From NCBI GenBank assembly GCA_016197005.1, contig JACPWO010000001.1, positions 218,544 to 282,543 of the forward strand: DNA of 64,000 bases, written 5' to 3'. The DNA comes from Candidatus Anderseniibacteriota bacterium (GTDB lineage: Bacteria; Patescibacteriota; Andersenbacteria; UBA10190). Below the pieces are notes generated by a model that did not search any database, was not told the origin of the DNA, and saw only the letters and a list, made by a program, of their open reading frames with translations. This document shows positions 1-10,556 of this stretch, piece by piece. The position numbers were made by a program, and so were the translations under genes. Numbering within the stretch: position 1 is the first letter of the stretch; each line of letters begins with the position of its first letter.

Positions 1-1065
1 TGAGCCATCGCTTAGTGGAATAAGTTCTTGAACTGAGCCTTTACCAAATGTCTTTTCTCCGACCACGGGAGCTTCTTTCTGTTCATGTAAGGCTCCAGCA
101 ATAATTTCGGATGCCGAAGCGCTACCTTGGTTGGCAAGGATAACAAGTGGTATATCTCGCAGGTTAGGATTGCCCTTGGTGAGGTGCTCCGTTTCCGTAT
201 CGCCGCGTTCAGATACCACGAGCGTCCCGGGGTTCAAAAAATGTGAAGCAATATCGACAGCTGTCTGTAAAAATCCACCTGGGTTATTGCGTACATCAAG
301 AATAATACCGGCTGGTTTTTGTTGGGCTAACTTTGAGGCAATCGCAGCAAATTGATCTTCGGTATCTCCGTTAAAGGTAAGGAGTTCAATAAGAGCAATG
401 TTGTCAGCAAGGTTTTCTGAGCGGACACTTTCAATGGTGATGGTATCTCGTCTGAGAGTAAATTCTTTCGTCACTACCTCTTCTCCATCCTGACGAGCAA
501 TAGTAAGTTTTACTTCTGTGCCTTGTTCACCACGAATATGTTGCACCACGTCATCGACAGTCATATCTGACGTTATTGGTTCGTCATCGATTGAAACAAT
601 GATGTCTCCCGCCAAAATACCAGCCTGCTCGGCAGGTGACCCGGCCAAAGGAGCAATAACGCGAATGAGGCCATCACGAGCCCCAATTTCAATCCCAACT
701 CCGGAGAATTGACCGGAGAGTGTTTCTTGAAACTGCTCACTATCTGCCGGATCAGAAAATACAGTGTATGGGTCGCCAGTGGCCCTCACCATGCCAGCCA
801 CTGCTCCGTAAAAAAGATCTTTGTCATCAAGGTCGCCAATGTAATTTTGATGGAGCGCATCCCAAGCTTCCCAGAATGTAGGGAAGACGAGTTGGCGCTG
901 TCCTTCATCAGTAACAGCTACTAAAAGCGGCCCGCCAACAGGAGCGTTCACGGGAACAACATAGCGACCAACAAAAAGACCAAAACCGACCGCCAGTACT
1001 ACGGCGGCAATACGCCCGGCGCTTCCCCTTCGCTTGGGCTGCTGTGGTGCAACTTGATCCATCAT
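1..1065 (-). CDS. ctpA: S41 family carboxy-terminal processing protease (PDZ + peptidase), truncated by window edge
   Basis: Not in ORF track; manual translation gives DVRNNPGG, QGSASASEIIAGAL and GEKTFGKGSVQ. The ATG overlaps the aspS stop (TAATG). Confidence 0.9.
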   Translation of the reverse strand, partial: MMDQVAPQQPKRRGSAGRIAAVVLAVGFGLFVGRYVVPVNAPVGGPLLVAVTDEGQRQLVFPTFWEAWDALHQNYIGDLDDKDLFYGAVAGMVRATGDPYTVFSDPADSEQFQETLSGQFSGVGIEIGARDGLIRVIAPLAGSPAEQAGILAGDIIVSIDDEPITSDMTVDDVVQHIRGEQGTEVKLTIARQDGEEVVTKEFTLRRDTITIESVRSENLADNIALIELLTFNGDTEDQFAAIASKLAQQKPAGIILDVRNNPGGFLQTAVDIASHFLNPGTLVVSERGDTETEHLTKGNPNLRDIPLVILANQGSASASEIIAGALHEQKEAPVVGEKTFGKGSVQELIPLSDGS

Positions 1066-2864
1066 TACTTTTCCGATTCTACCTTAATATGTAGGTCTTT
1101 GAGAAGCTTGGGATCTACTTCCGACGGAGCATTCATCATAAGATCACGCGCTTTTCCGTCCTTCGGGAAAGCATAAATTTCACGAATATTTGGTTCGTTC
1201 AGCAAAATCATAAGTAAACGATCAATACCTGGAGCACATCCGCCGTGAGGAGGGGTCCCATATTCAAATGCTTTAATCATTGCACCGAACTTTTTATCGA
1301 CTTCTTCTTTAGAATAGCCAGCAATCTTAAACGCTTCATACATAACATCTGGTCGGTGGTTACGTATAGCACCAGAACTAATCTCAAAGCCATTGAGCGC
1401 TAAATCATATTGATACCCCAAAATATCTAGCGGGTCTTTTGTCTTTAATGCTTCAATACCGCCTTGTGGCATTGAAAATGGGTTGTGCGAGAAGTCTATC
1501 TTTCCTTCTTCTTCGTTATATTCGTACATCGGGAAATCTGTAATCCATACCCAGGCGGCTTGCTTTGGGTCTCGCAGCTGTAATGCTTCGGCTGCTGCTA
1601 GTCGCACCGCTCCGAGCGCTTTGCTTGCCTCGATGAACGACCCAGCACCAAAGAATATAATGTCGCCCTTCTTGGCTCCCACGTTGATTACAATCTGTTT
1701 CGCAACGTCTTCACCTAAATGTTTAATAATTGGCGAGGTAAGTTCCTCCTTAACTAGAATGTAGGCCAACCCACCCGCTCCATTCTGCTTGGCAACCTCT
1801 GTCAGCTTATCGATCGTGCCTCGCGTAAAGATAGCTCCGCCTGGTATATGTAACGCATGCACAACTCCCTTTTTCAGAGCTTCATTAAATACTTTGAATG
1901 ACCCTGTTTTAGCAATATCGGAAACGTCCGATATAAAAAGCTCGAAACGAATATCTGGTTTATCGCTACCATACTTTGTCATCGCCTCGTGCCACGTTAT
2001 TCGGGGGAAAGGCTTTTCCAGAATTTTCTTCTCACTAAACGTTTCGGTGAGTTCCACCATGAGCGGCTCCACTGCCTGGAACACATCTTCTTGTTCGACA
2101 AAAGACATTTCTAAATCAATTTGGTAAAAATCACCGGCGTGGCGATCAGCTCGAGGATCTTCATCACGAAAACATGGCGCTATTTGAAAATATCTGTCTA
2201 AACCTCCGACCATTAACAACTGCTTGAATTGCTGGGGCGCTTGCGGCAACGCATAGAACTTGCCTGGATATAGACGACTCGGAACCAGGAAATCTCGTGC
2301 TCCTTCCGGAGAGGAGTTCGCTAAAATTGGGGTTTGTACTTCCGTAAAGCCGGCACTGCGCATGTACTGTCTCGTATGGTCTATAAAGTCGCCTCGCATT
2401 TTAAGCATGCGTTGCAGACGAGGATGACGTAAATCTAAAAAGCGGTACTGGAGACGAAGCTCTTCGCCAGCTTCTACTTTTTCGGCAATGGGAAACGGAG
2501 GTGTTTTTGACGGTCCAAGTATTTCGAGAGAAGCAACTTCTATTTCAATTTCCCCTGTAGCTAAATCTGGATTCTGCATTTCTTTCGGCCGTGCAACTAC
2601 TTTTCCTTCAACATGGACGACGAATTCACTGCGAAGCGTGTCAGCTGTTTTAAAGTCGCCACCTTTTTGGGGATTGAACGTAAGCTGCGTTATTCCCCAC
2701 TTATCCCGAAGGTCAATAAAAATAAGGCCACCGTGGTCACGACGAGAATGTACCCAGCCAGATAAATGGACAACTTCTCCAGCGTGTTCAGCCCGCAGCT
2801 GCCCGCACGTATGTGTCCGATATTTATTCTTGGTAACAATTGCCTTTTCGGCCGGTTTTGACAT
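1065..2864 (-). CDS. aspS: Aspartate--tRNA ligase
   Basis: RTHTCG, RDHGGLIFIDLRD, QIAPCFRDED, PPHGG motifs. Confidence 0.98.
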   Translation of the reverse strand: MSKPAEKAIVTKNKYRTHTCGQLRAEHAGEVVHLSGWVHSRRDHGGLIFIDLRDKWGITQLTFNPQKGGDFKTADTLRSEFVVHVEGKVVARPKEMQNPDLATGEIEIEVASLEILGPSKTPPFPIAEKVEAGEELRLQYRFLDLRHPRLQRMLKMRGDFIDHTRQYMRSAGFTEVQTPILANSSPEGARDFLVPSRLYPGKFYALPQAPQQFKQLLMVGGLDRYFQIAPCFRDEDPRADRHAGDFYQIDLEMSFVEQEDVFQAVEPLMVELTETFSEKKILEKPFPRITWHEAMTKYGSDKPDIRFELFISDVSDIAKTGSFKVFNEALKKGVVHALHIPGGAIFTRGTIDKLTEVAKQNGAGGLAYILVKEELTSPIIKHLGEDVAKQIVINVGAKKGDIIFFGAGSFIEASKALGAVRLAAAEALQLRDPKQAAWVWITDFPMYEYNEEEGKIDFSHNPFSMPQGGIEALKTKDPLDILGYQYDLALNGFEISSGAIRNHRPDVMYEAFKIAGYSKEEVDKKFGAMIKAFEYGTPPHGGCAPGIDRLLMILLNEPNIREIYAFPKDGKARDLMMNAPSEVDPKLLKDLHIKVESEK

Positions 2865-2911
2865 GGCCTTAGCGTACTTAAAAGCCCCCGCTTCAGCAAA
2901 CTTTGTCCTAC

Positions 2912-2939
2912 AAAAAATAGCCGAGTAATTCGGCTATTT
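2912..2939 (-). terminator. Intrinsic terminator
   Basis: AAATAGCCGA/TCGGCTATTT stem followed by a T run on the minus strand. Confidence 0.75.
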
Positions 2940-3404
2940 AGTAATTCCGAGGGGACTTGTAGCGACCAACGTCACTAGAAATCCCCTAGGTGCCTCTCCC
3001 GAATAAACGGGGTCGGCGGTCGTATGATCCTAGGGTGCGCCGCGCTCCTTCAAACGCGGCTTCATTGGAGTAATGAACACTGCATACAAGTATGCATTCG
3101 GTATATTTCAAGAAATCAAAAATACCGACTGCCTACTTATGTGATAGTTGTCAAAAAGTTCCAGAAATTTGGAACCCTCTAATATACAAAACCAGCTTAG
3201 ATGTGGCAAGGCGGTAATCATCGCGTGAGCAGTAGGTCCACACGAGCACTCCTAGGCGCAAGGCAAGGCAAGCAACATCTTGCGTAAAGCAAGAGAACTG
3301 TCCTAGCTTTATTGCTCGGAGCAAATCCTTAGCTAAAAGAAGCCAAGGCCCTCCTTACCACGTCTAAACCGGTTGAACCAGGCACAGACGCATATTTCAG
3401 AGAA
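2912..3404 (-). ncRNA. Putative large structured non-coding RNA (one ~490-nt RNA or two tandem RNAs), family unknown
   Basis: No ORF of 60 aa or more; consensus promoter upstream, terminator downstream; 22-bp stem (3353-3374 with 3190-3211) and about 10 further hairpins, with G-U pairs favouring the minus strand. Confidence 0.65.
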
Positions 3405-3410
3405 CTGATT

Positions 3411-3438
3411 ATTATAATCATAATGGCTCTTTTGTCAA
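3411..3438 (-). promoter_or_regulatory. Consensus sigma70 promoter
   Basis: TTGACA-N16-TATAAT on the minus strand. Confidence 0.8.
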
Positions 3439-3535
3439 ATGTATTTTGTAATTTATATTTTGTGCAAAAAGAAAGGCGGCCATAGATGTTTCGGAGACAT
3501 CCATAACCGCCGGGTTTACCTACTCTCGGTTGACC

Positions 3536-3904
3536 TCACCCAGCCGCAGCGAGCTGAGATGGCCTGGACTTGGACCGGGACTTCAAGCTATGTGGCAGTC
3601 GGAACTGCGTAATAGCTGCTGTGGCCAGATCCCAGTCAAGAATGGTTCGTTGCTCGGGAATTCCATTCGTGTCGAGCGAGATGATGCCCTTGTGGAAAGC
3701 AAGCATGGGCGAAGTTTTCACATCAATTCCCAGACGATCGCAGATCACGGCCCAGCAGTACTGCTCATCATCGGGGCTGTCAAAGCCCTTGCATACTCGC
3801 CTCATTGCTGACCAAAGGACATCCTTTCGAAACCATTGCATTCTACTTCTCCTAAGGAAAATGGGGTTGGAAACTGTCAACCGCAAGAACGCTAGTTCCC
3901 GCAC
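3536..3904 (-). CDS. Hypothetical protein
   Basis: 122-aa ORF overlapping the upstream ORF by 13 nt; followed by a hairpin at ~3473-3512. Confidence 0.45.
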   Translation of the reverse strand: MRELAFLRLTVSNPIFLRRSRMQWFRKDVLWSAMRRVCKGFDSPDDEQYCWAVICDRLGIDVKTSPMLAFHKGIISLDTNGIPEQRTILDWDLATAAITQFRLPHSLKSRSKSRPSQLAAAG

Positions 3905-4257
3905 AAAGCATGCATCGCGATCTCAACACGCTGTCGGTGATTTCGCGGCATTTTGAGAGGGCGACGGCCGGCTGCGGCCAGTTTCTCTCTGGAAGTGCTC
4001 AACCAGACATCGCGTTGTAATACTCCCTCAGCAGCGCGCGACTGCACAACTTCCGCGACCACTAGCTCGGTGTCGTTCGAGATTTCTGACCAGCCTTTTG
4101 ACTGACCAATTCCCTCGAGAACGCACAGTGGTAAATCCCGGTCAGCACTGCGTAGCCGTTTGTTTTTCCGGCTACAGTACTCCCGAATTTGACCCGCAGT
4201 CACCACCAAGCTATCGACACTCCTTCTCTGCTTCCTCACACCGTTTTGTCCCGACAT
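3892..4257 (-). CDS. Hypothetical protein
   Basis: ATG at 4257 preceded by AAGGAG; TTGACA-N16-TATATT at 4343-4370. Confidence 0.55.
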   Translation of the reverse strand: MSGQNGVRKQRRSVDSLVVTAGQIREYCSRKNKRLRSADRDLPLCVLEGIGQSKGWSEISNDTELVVAEVVQSRAAEGVLQRDVWLSTSREKLAAAGRRPLKMPRNHRQRVEIAMHALCGN

Positions 4258-4479
4258 GTCCTTACTCCTTTCGAGACTCTCTTCAAGTAAATAAAGTGTA
4301 CGGTGCACCTAAGCGCACATGCCTGTCCACAGGCATGAAGAAAATATACTCTGGTTTTGTTTTTTGTCAATAATCTTTGACAATATTTCAACCTACTCTA
4401 TTAGGTGTTTCGAATGCCGACAAATATTACCTTTCCAGACATATATCAGCCATTAGATTTGTGCGGCAACGAATTTTCT

Positions 4480-4555
4480 TGGTGCGTCCACCAGGAATCG
4501 AACCTGGAACCGTTGGCTTAAAAGGCCACTGCTCTGCCGATTGAGCTATGGACGC
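4480..4555 (-). tRNA. tRNA-Lys(TTT)
   Basis: Cloverleaf GCGTCCA...TGGACGC-ACCA, anticodon loop CT-TTT-AA, GTTCGATTC T arm. Confidence 0.96.
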
Positions 4556-4660
4556 ATACATATATTCCCCTCGTTAAGTTTTGCACACGACGGACTAGCA
4601 CTCAACGTAGATATGATATACTACACCCAGCTTTAATTCTCAACCTTAAACATAAAAGAT

Positions 4661-5311
4661 ATGAGCAGAACATTGCGTTTGGAAGTCTCGGCAGGCATTG
4701 TCGCGGCTATCATTGGTGTAGCTGCAGCCTTAGCTGCACTCCCCTCCTTCGCTGCTAGCGAAGACTATCCGTTTAATATCCGAGGCATCGTCCAGTCGGT
4801 CGATAAGACCAACATGAAGATCGTGGTGCAAGGCACTAAGTCTTCGGCGAAAGCAGTTGCCGAAACTCAGAGTAAAGAAGTTCAATATAGCCTCAAGAGT
4901 GTAAAAATCTGGAAGTGGGAAAATGGTAAACAGGTTGCTCGCAATATTAGCTTCGTAAAACCAAATGACGAAGTAGTAATGATTGGGAGAAAGGTTAGTG
5001 GCACTTTCGTTGTCGATAAACTCACAATCAACGACCGTAAATTTACGGTCGTAGGACGAGTGAAGGATTACAACACTGCCGAAAACTGGATTAAAGTGCG
5101 AGTCGGTCGTTCAACGTTGCAACACAAAGGTGTTGTGAACACTGACATCAAGTTCTACTACGATGACGACACTACTTGCATGCGCTTAGGCAATGAAATT
5201 GATTGTAGTGAAATTGCAAGCGAAAATCAGGGTATCCGTATAGATGGAGAACGCTCCAGCACCGGTGGCAAATGGAATGCTACAAAGATCTGGAACCGCT
5301 TCCCTATCTAG
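4661..5311 (+). CDS. Secreted protein with two OB-fold-like (DUF5666-like) repeats
   Basis: Signal peptide (PSFA-A); repeated G-x-V...V-x-G beta pattern. Confidence 0.6.
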   Translation: MSRTLRLEVSAGIVAAIIGVAAALAALPSFAASEDYPFNIRGIVQSVDKTNMKIVVQGTKSSAKAVAETQSKEVQYSLKSVKIWKWENGKQVARNISFVKPNDEVVMIGRKVSGTFVVDKLTINDRKFTVVGRVKDYNTAENWIKVRVGRSTLQHKGVVNTDIKFYYDDDTTCMRLGNEIDCSEIASENQGIRIDGERSSTGGKWNATKIWNRFPI

Positions 5312-5328
5312 CTAGCTATCTGTTGAAA

Positions 5329-5357
5329 CAAAAAGCGGCCGCTCGGGCCGCTTTTTT
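5329..5357. terminator. Bidirectional intrinsic terminator
   Basis: AAAAAGCGGCC-gctcg-GGCCGCTTTTT between convergent genes. Confidence 0.85.
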
Positions 5358-5375
5358 GTAGATTAAGGAATATTT

Positions 5376-6128
5376 TTATCGTTCCATGTCTTTTGCCCAA
5401 CCATCAAGAATTTCAGGTACTTTGCTAATGGAATCAAGGGTAATGTAGTCGTTGTTAAAGGGATCTACTTTCATATAGTTCCAAGTACCTCGTGGAATAT
5501 AAATAGCTTTTACTCCCAACTCCAATGCTGGGTTAATATCCGTTCGGATAGAGTTTCCAATTGATGCAATAAAGTCTTTATCGAACTGCTCTACCGCTTC
5601 CCGCAGAACCTTTGCCTTATCCCCATCCGGTAAGAAGTGGATTGTTGAGAAATATTTTCCTAGATCAGTTGAATCTAGCTTGCGCTGTTGAATATCGGCA
5701 GCTCCGGCGGTCATAAGATGTAATTCGTAGCGGCCATAGCGTACCAGCTCATTTAGCACTTCTACTACATCCGGAATTACAAAGTACGGTGGATCATACG
5801 TTTGGATGATCATAGCCGTCAGCAACTGCTCAATATGCGGTTTTGGCGTACGGCCTCGTTCCTGACATAGCTCTCGGTAGCACGTTACCCAAGTGTTAAT
5901 GAGACGCTTTGGCAAATACTTCTCGTGCGGTGGAATTTCTTCCAACATCTTGTTATCGATGCTGCGAGCCCGTTGCAGAATCTCATCGATTTGTGGAGCA
6001 CGCGTTTCGAACCCCAAAATAATAAAACGCAGACACTCACAAAAAATCATTTCGAATTTGTAGCCTTCATCCACCAGGGTGTCATCTAAGTCGAAGAAGA
6101 CCTGCTTCTTAGTAAATCTATTAGTCAT
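5376..6128 (-). CDS. HAD-superfamily hydrolase
   Basis: FFDLDDTL motif I; IGNSIRTDI motif IV. Confidence 0.85.
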   Translation of the reverse strand: MTNRFTKKQVFFDLDDTLVDEGYKFEMIFCECLRFIILGFETRAPQIDEILQRARSIDNKMLEEIPPHEKYLPKRLINTWVTCYRELCQERGRTPKPHIEQLLTAMIIQTYDPPYFVIPDVVEVLNELVRYGRYELHLMTAGAADIQQRKLDSTDLGKYFSTIHFLPDGDKAKVLREAVEQFDKDFIASIGNSIRTDINPALELGVKAIYIPRGTWNYMKVDPFNNDYITLDSISKVPEILDGWAKDMER

Positions 6129-6162
6129 AGTATCGGGAGTGTAATCCAACCTCTAAATTTGT

Positions 6163-7248
6163 CTAGAGCCACTTTTTTCGCTTTGGTTTGCTTTTTCCAC
6201 CGTCTAGTTCTTCTAAGAGCTTTCTCTGTTCCCGTGAAAGACGCCGTGGTACGTCTATAGTCACCCGGACAATATGGTCGCCCTTTCCGCCCTCAAGACC
6301 GCGAAAACCCTGCCCGGAAAAGCGAAATTCAGTCCCTGGCTGAGTACCAGCAGGAATATCGAGAGATTCTTGTCCATAGAGCGTCCGAACTGGGGCCGTA
6401 GTTCCTAGAGCAGCCTGTGGAAAAGAAATGACTGCTTCGGAGCGCACATCATTACCGTCTCGACGTAACGCTGGATCAGGAGTGACGTGAATACTGATAT
6501 ACATATCCCCGGCTATGCCACCATGGGGTGGAGCCTCTCCTCTGCCAGAAAGTCGGATCTGTTGCCCATCCGAAATTCCGGCCGGAATATCTACTTCCAG
6601 CTCTTGAGTTTGCAGTGTTCTTCCTTCGCCGTGACAACGACTGCAAGGTTGCTTCGCTTGCTTTCCTTCACCCTGGCAGGTTGGGCAGATAGATCTCGTG
6701 GCAAATACGCCGAGCGGTGTTTGCCTTGATTGCGTAACTACCCCCTGTCCACCGCAGGTAGCACAAGTTTCGATTGGAGTCCCGGGCTCAGCGCTGTTAC
6801 CATGGCAGCGCTCACACTTCTGATACATGCGCGGCGCAACTGTTTGTTTGGTTCCTTGTGCAGATTCTAAAAAAGATATCGTGACATCAACTGCCACATC
6901 AGACCCACGACGAGTGGCTGGACGCCCACCACGTCCGCCGAATCCACCGCCAAACATTGAACCAAAAATATCTCCAATACCGCCTAAGTCTTCAAAATTG
7001 ATGTTAAAACCACCAAACGGGTTGCCCCCACCTGGTTCTTCAGAAGTCTGTCCAAACTGATCGTACTGTGCTCGTTTTTTCTCATCGCTTAAAACTTGGT
7101 ATGCTTCGTTGATTTGTTTGAACTTATTTTCATCACCCCCCGCTTTGTCTGGGTGATGGGCATGCGCCAGCTTTCGATAAGCTTTTTTAATATCTTCTTT
7201 TGTGGCATCCCGGCTAACGCCAAGCACGCTGTAATAATCGTCAGCCAT
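6163..7248 (-). CDS. dnaJ: Chaperone DnaJ
   Basis: HPD motif, G/F region, four CxxCxGxG-type repeats. Confidence 0.97.
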   Translation of the reverse strand: MADDYYSVLGVSRDATKEDIKKAYRKLAHAHHPDKAGGDENKFKQINEAYQVLSDEKKRAQYDQFGQTSEEPGGGNPFGGFNINFEDLGGIGDIFGSMFGGGFGGRGGRPATRRGSDVAVDVTISFLESAQGTKQTVAPRMYQKCERCHGNSAEPGTPIETCATCGGQGVVTQSRQTPLGVFATRSICPTCQGEGKQAKQPCSRCHGEGRTLQTQELEVDIPAGISDGQQIRLSGRGEAPPHGGIAGDMYISIHVTPDPALRRDGNDVRSEAVISFPQAALGTTAPVRTLYGQESLDIPAGTQPGTEFRFSGQGFRGLEGGKGDHIVRVTIDVPRRLSREQRKLLEELDGGKSKPKRKKWL

Positions 7249-7251
7249 GGG

Positions 7252-8181
7252 TTATATCTCTACCCGCTCAGCAGTTACTTGTGTTTGTTCAATGCGGACA
7301 AGACCTGCTTTCTTCGCCATCCACATAAGAGCACCAGCTAAGAAGAGCGGTATCCAGGAAATAAGGGGAACGGTCGCCCGGATAGCGAGAAGACCAATGG
7401 TAGCCATCACAATGACGGCGAGGATTCCATTACCGGCTGTTACTCGACGTAAGAAGTCATTGCTGTACATCACTGCAACCTTCGCTACGGTTTCGTTGCC
7501 GTCTAAGTCTTCTAGTTTGAGTGATCGAGCCAGTTCTTGGCGTGCTTGTTCGAGTTGCTGGGGCGGGAGCGATGAGAATGAATCACCCAGCTGCTGGCGT
7601 GCCTGCGCCGAGATAAGTTCATCGACCGTTGCTTGTGGGGTATATCCTGGCAGCATGTTGCTAATAACGGGTGCGACGGGAGCCAGAATGGTGGCAGCTA
7701 CTTCTTCGGATAGACCAAACTTTCCTTCTCGGAGTCCTTCGCGCAAAGCCGGTACTGACAACGCAAAAGCAGCAACGGCAATACCAGCAATAAGGAGACC
7801 AATACCGGGAATAAGAATGTAACGAAGTTGTGTACGAAGGCGTTCAGTAGACTTTCGGACAATACTATCTTGAGCAGCGAATATAAAGAGAGCTAAAAGT
7901 GCACCGCCTACTAAAGATGCAACTGACAGCCGACCGACTATGAACATGGTAACTAGGCCAGTTACTATTATCGACAGGCGTCCCCCAAACCACTTAGCGA
8001 GGAATAAACTAGACAGTGAAGTTATCGCAGCCCATAACAACACTACTGCTACCACGCCCCAAGATAATCCGAGCGTCGCATTTAAATTCACAACTGAAAC
8101 ACTTACGATCAACGCTACCGCGAGCGTGGTAAGAGCCGCGATGATAACAATCCCGACTTCTTTTTGGCGAGAGGGCTGCAT
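7252..8181 (-). CDS. Multi-pass membrane protein, unknown function
   Basis: Several hydrophobic segments; lies between dnaK and dnaJ. Confidence 0.75.
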   Translation of the reverse strand: MQPSRQKEVGIVIIAALTTLAVALIVSVSVVNLNATLGLSWGVVAVVLLWAAITSLSSLFLAKWFGGRLSIIVTGLVTMFIVGRLSVASLVGGALLALFIFAAQDSIVRKSTERLRTQLRYILIPGIGLLIAGIAVAAFALSVPALREGLREGKFGLSEEVAATILAPVAPVISNMLPGYTPQATVDELISAQARQQLGDSFSSLPPQQLEQARQELARSLKLEDLDGNETVAKVAVMYSNDFLRRVTAGNGILAVIVMATIGLLAIRATVPLISWIPLFLAGALMWMAKKAGLVRIEQTQVTAERVEI

Positions 8182-8209
8182 GCGCCTTTAAGTATACGCC
8201 AAGAAGGAA

Positions 8210-10069
8210 TTACTTTTTCTCTTCAGCCTTACCGTCAACGACGTCGGGTTTTGTTGGGCCTGCCTGACTAGTTTGTCCGTAAATGTGCTGACCCAATTTT
8301 AGCGCTTCTTGTGATAAGGCTTCAGTTGCCTGTTTCAGAACGGCCGTGTCCTCACCTGTCTGTGCTTTCTTGAGAGCCTCTAATTTTTCTTCGATACCCT
8401 TTTTAATATCTGCTGGTGCTTTATCTCCAGCTTCTTTGAGAGCCTTTTCAGTAGCATAGACAAGTTGCTCAGCCTGATTCCTTACCTCTACCGCTTCTTT
8501 CTTCTTCTTGTCATCAGCCGCGAATTTTTCGGCTTCGCTCTTCATACGGGTTACCTCTTCATCGGAGATACCGGATGTGCCCTCGATTCGGATTTTCTGT
8601 TCTTTACTAGTGCCTTTGTCTTTGGCTGAGACACTCAATATACCGTTGGCATCGATATCAAAGGTTACTTCAATCTGTGGCACTCCTCGAGGTGCGGGAG
8701 CGATACCATCCAAAATGAAACGTCCCAAAGACTTATTATCCGCTGCCATTTCCCGCTCTCCTTGTAGAACGTGGATTTCTACTTGTGGCTGACTGTCAGC
8801 AGCTGTAGAAAATACTTGGGATTTTTTGGTCGGCACAGTTGTGTTCTTTTCAATGAGAGACGTACGAACACCACCTAATGTTTCCAACCCCAGTGTAAGT
8901 GGAGTGACATCGAGAAGAAGTACATCCTTAACGTCTCCCGTCATAATCCCACCCTGAATAGCAGCACCGGCAGCTACGACTTCATCTGGGTTAATATTTT
9001 TGTGTGGTTCTTTACCAAATAATTCCTTAACCGCGGCCACCACCTTCGGCATACGAGTCTGCCCACCTACCAAAACTACTTCGTTAATTTCGCTTGCAGA
9101 AAGACCAGCTTCTTTTAAGGCTTCTTTTGTGACGGTAATTGTTTTATCTATAAGGTCAGCCGTTAACTCTTCCAGCTTCGCTCGAGTCAACGTTAGCACT
9201 AAGTGCTTAGGTCCTTCAGGGCCAGTGGTTATGAATGGCTGGTTAATTTCAGTTTGGTTCGAACTTGAAAGCTCATGCTTAGCCCGCTCAGCGGATTCTT
9301 TGAGACGCTGCAGAGCCATTTGATCCTTACTTAAATCTATTCCTTCTTGCTTCTTAAACTCGTTGATGAGCCAATCAATAATCCGTTGATCGAAATCGTC
9401 ACCGCCCAAATAGGTGTCTCCGTGGGTTGCTACAACTTCAATTGTGTCAGCGCTTACTTCCAGAACGGATACGTCAAACGTTCCACCACCTAAGTCGAAG
9501 ACAACGATTTTTTCTTCTTTCTTCTTATCCAAGCCGTAGGCCAGAGCAGCTGCAGTTGGCTCATTTATGATACGTTTTACGTTAAAGCCAGCAATGGTAC
9601 CAGCATCTTTCGTCGCTTTGCGTTGTGAGTCATCGAAATATGCGGGAACGGTAATAACAGCCTCTTTAATTTCGTGTCCAAGCTTACTTTCAGCATCACT
9701 CTTTAATTTTTGGAGCACCATGGCTGAGATTTCAGCTGGACGAAGCCATTTGTCACCAAACTTTATTTCAACACTACCATCACTTCCTTCTCGCACATCA
9801 TATGGCAGCATTGCTTTGGCTTTTTGCACGGCCGGATCAGAAAAACGGCGGCCAATGAGACGTTTGGCAGAGAAAATTGTGTTAGCAGAATTTACAACTG
9901 CCTGGCGCTTAGCTACTACACCCACGAGCCGCTCACCATTTTTAGTGGCAACCACCGACGGAGTCGTGCGATTACCTTCACTATTTTCAATAATGACCGG
10001 CTCGCCTCCTTCAACGTAGGCTACCGCTGAGTTTGTTGTTCCTAAATCAATTCCTAATATTGTAGACAT
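8210..10069 (-). CDS. dnaK: Chaperone DnaK
   Basis: [25 protein letters not shown]. Confidence 0.99.
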   Translation of the reverse strand: MSTILGIDLGTTNSAVAYVEGGEPVIIENSEGNRTTPSVVATKNGERLVGVVAKRQAVVNSANTIFSAKRLIGRRFSDPAVQKAKAMLPYDVREGSDGSVEIKFGDKWLRPAEISAMVLQKLKSDAESKLGHEIKEAVITVPAYFDDSQRKATKDAGTIAGFNVKRIINEPTAAALAYGLDKKKEEKIVVFDLGGGTFDVSVLEVSADTIEVVATHGDTYLGGDDFDQRIIDWLINEFKKQEGIDLSKDQMALQRLKESAERAKHELSSSNQTEINQPFITTGPEGPKHLVLTLTRAKLEELTADLIDKTITVTKEALKEAGLSASEINEVVLVGGQTRMPKVVAAVKELFGKEPHKNINPDEVVAAGAAIQGGIMTGDVKDVLLLDVTPLTLGLETLGGVRTSLIEKNTTVPTKKSQVFSTAADSQPQVEIHVLQGEREMAADNKSLGRFILDGIAPAPRGVPQIEVTFDIDANGILSVSAKDKGTSKEQKIRIEGTSGISDEEVTRMKSEAEKFAADDKKKKEAVEVRNQAEQLVYATEKALKEAGDKAPADIKKGIEEKLEALKKAQTGEDTAVLKQATEALSQEALKLGQHIYGQTSQAGPTKPDVVDGKAEEKK

Positions 10070-10096
10070 AATAATTTTATAAGTTAATATTCAAAG

Positions 10097-10552
10097 CTAT
10101 TTTCCTACTCTTACTTTAGCTGGTCGCAAAACGCGATCTCCCATTTTCCATCCCGTTTGTAGCACTTCGACGACCATACTACCCTCTTCTTCTGCTTGCC
10201 CCACCGCTTCATGGAATAATGGGTTAAATGGTTCTTTATTCGCCGTTATTGGTTCAAGCCCGAATTCAGCAAGTACTCGTTCAAAGTCTCGAGCAATATG
10301 GAGAACTCCCTTTGACCAATTATCCGCCTCTTTTCCTGTTGGGGCATGAGCTATTAGGGCGTTGAAATTATCGGCAACTTGTAAAAGAGGTTCTAGTACC
10401 TGTGCCTTAAACCGCTGTTGTTGAGACATCCCCTCATCCGACAGCCGCTTTCGGAGATTTTTGAGCTCCGCTCTCGCGCGCTGCCAGCCAGCTAAATATT
10501 CCCGCTCCTGTGTAGACGCTTTCCCATGAAGTTGTGAAGAGTATATGCTCAT
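10097..10552 (-). CDS. grpE: Nucleotide exchange factor GrpE
   Basis: FNPLFHEAV, VLQTGW...VLRPAKV; operon position. Confidence 0.93.
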   Translation of the reverse strand: MSIYSSQLHGKASTQEREYLAGWQRARAELKNLRKRLSDEGMSQQQRFKAQVLEPLLQVADNFNALIAHAPTGKEADNWSKGVLHIARDFERVLAEFGLEPITANKEPFNPLFHEAVGQAEEEGSMVVEVLQTGWKMGDRVLRPAKVRVGK

Positions 10553-10556
10553 AGAT

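Noticed and set aside
131-924. Short plus-strand ORFs
   Set aside because: Antisense shadows of the S41 protease gene missed by the ORF track.
3364-3393. Leader peptide MRLCLVQPV on the minus strand
   Set aside because: Nine codons, no SD, no Asp codons; not distinguishable from chance.
2940-3404. T-box riboswitch for aspS, tmRNA or RNase P
   Set aside because: No T-box antiterminator consensus, no tRNA-like ends, no GAGGAAAGTCC; aspS has its own adjacent -10 box.
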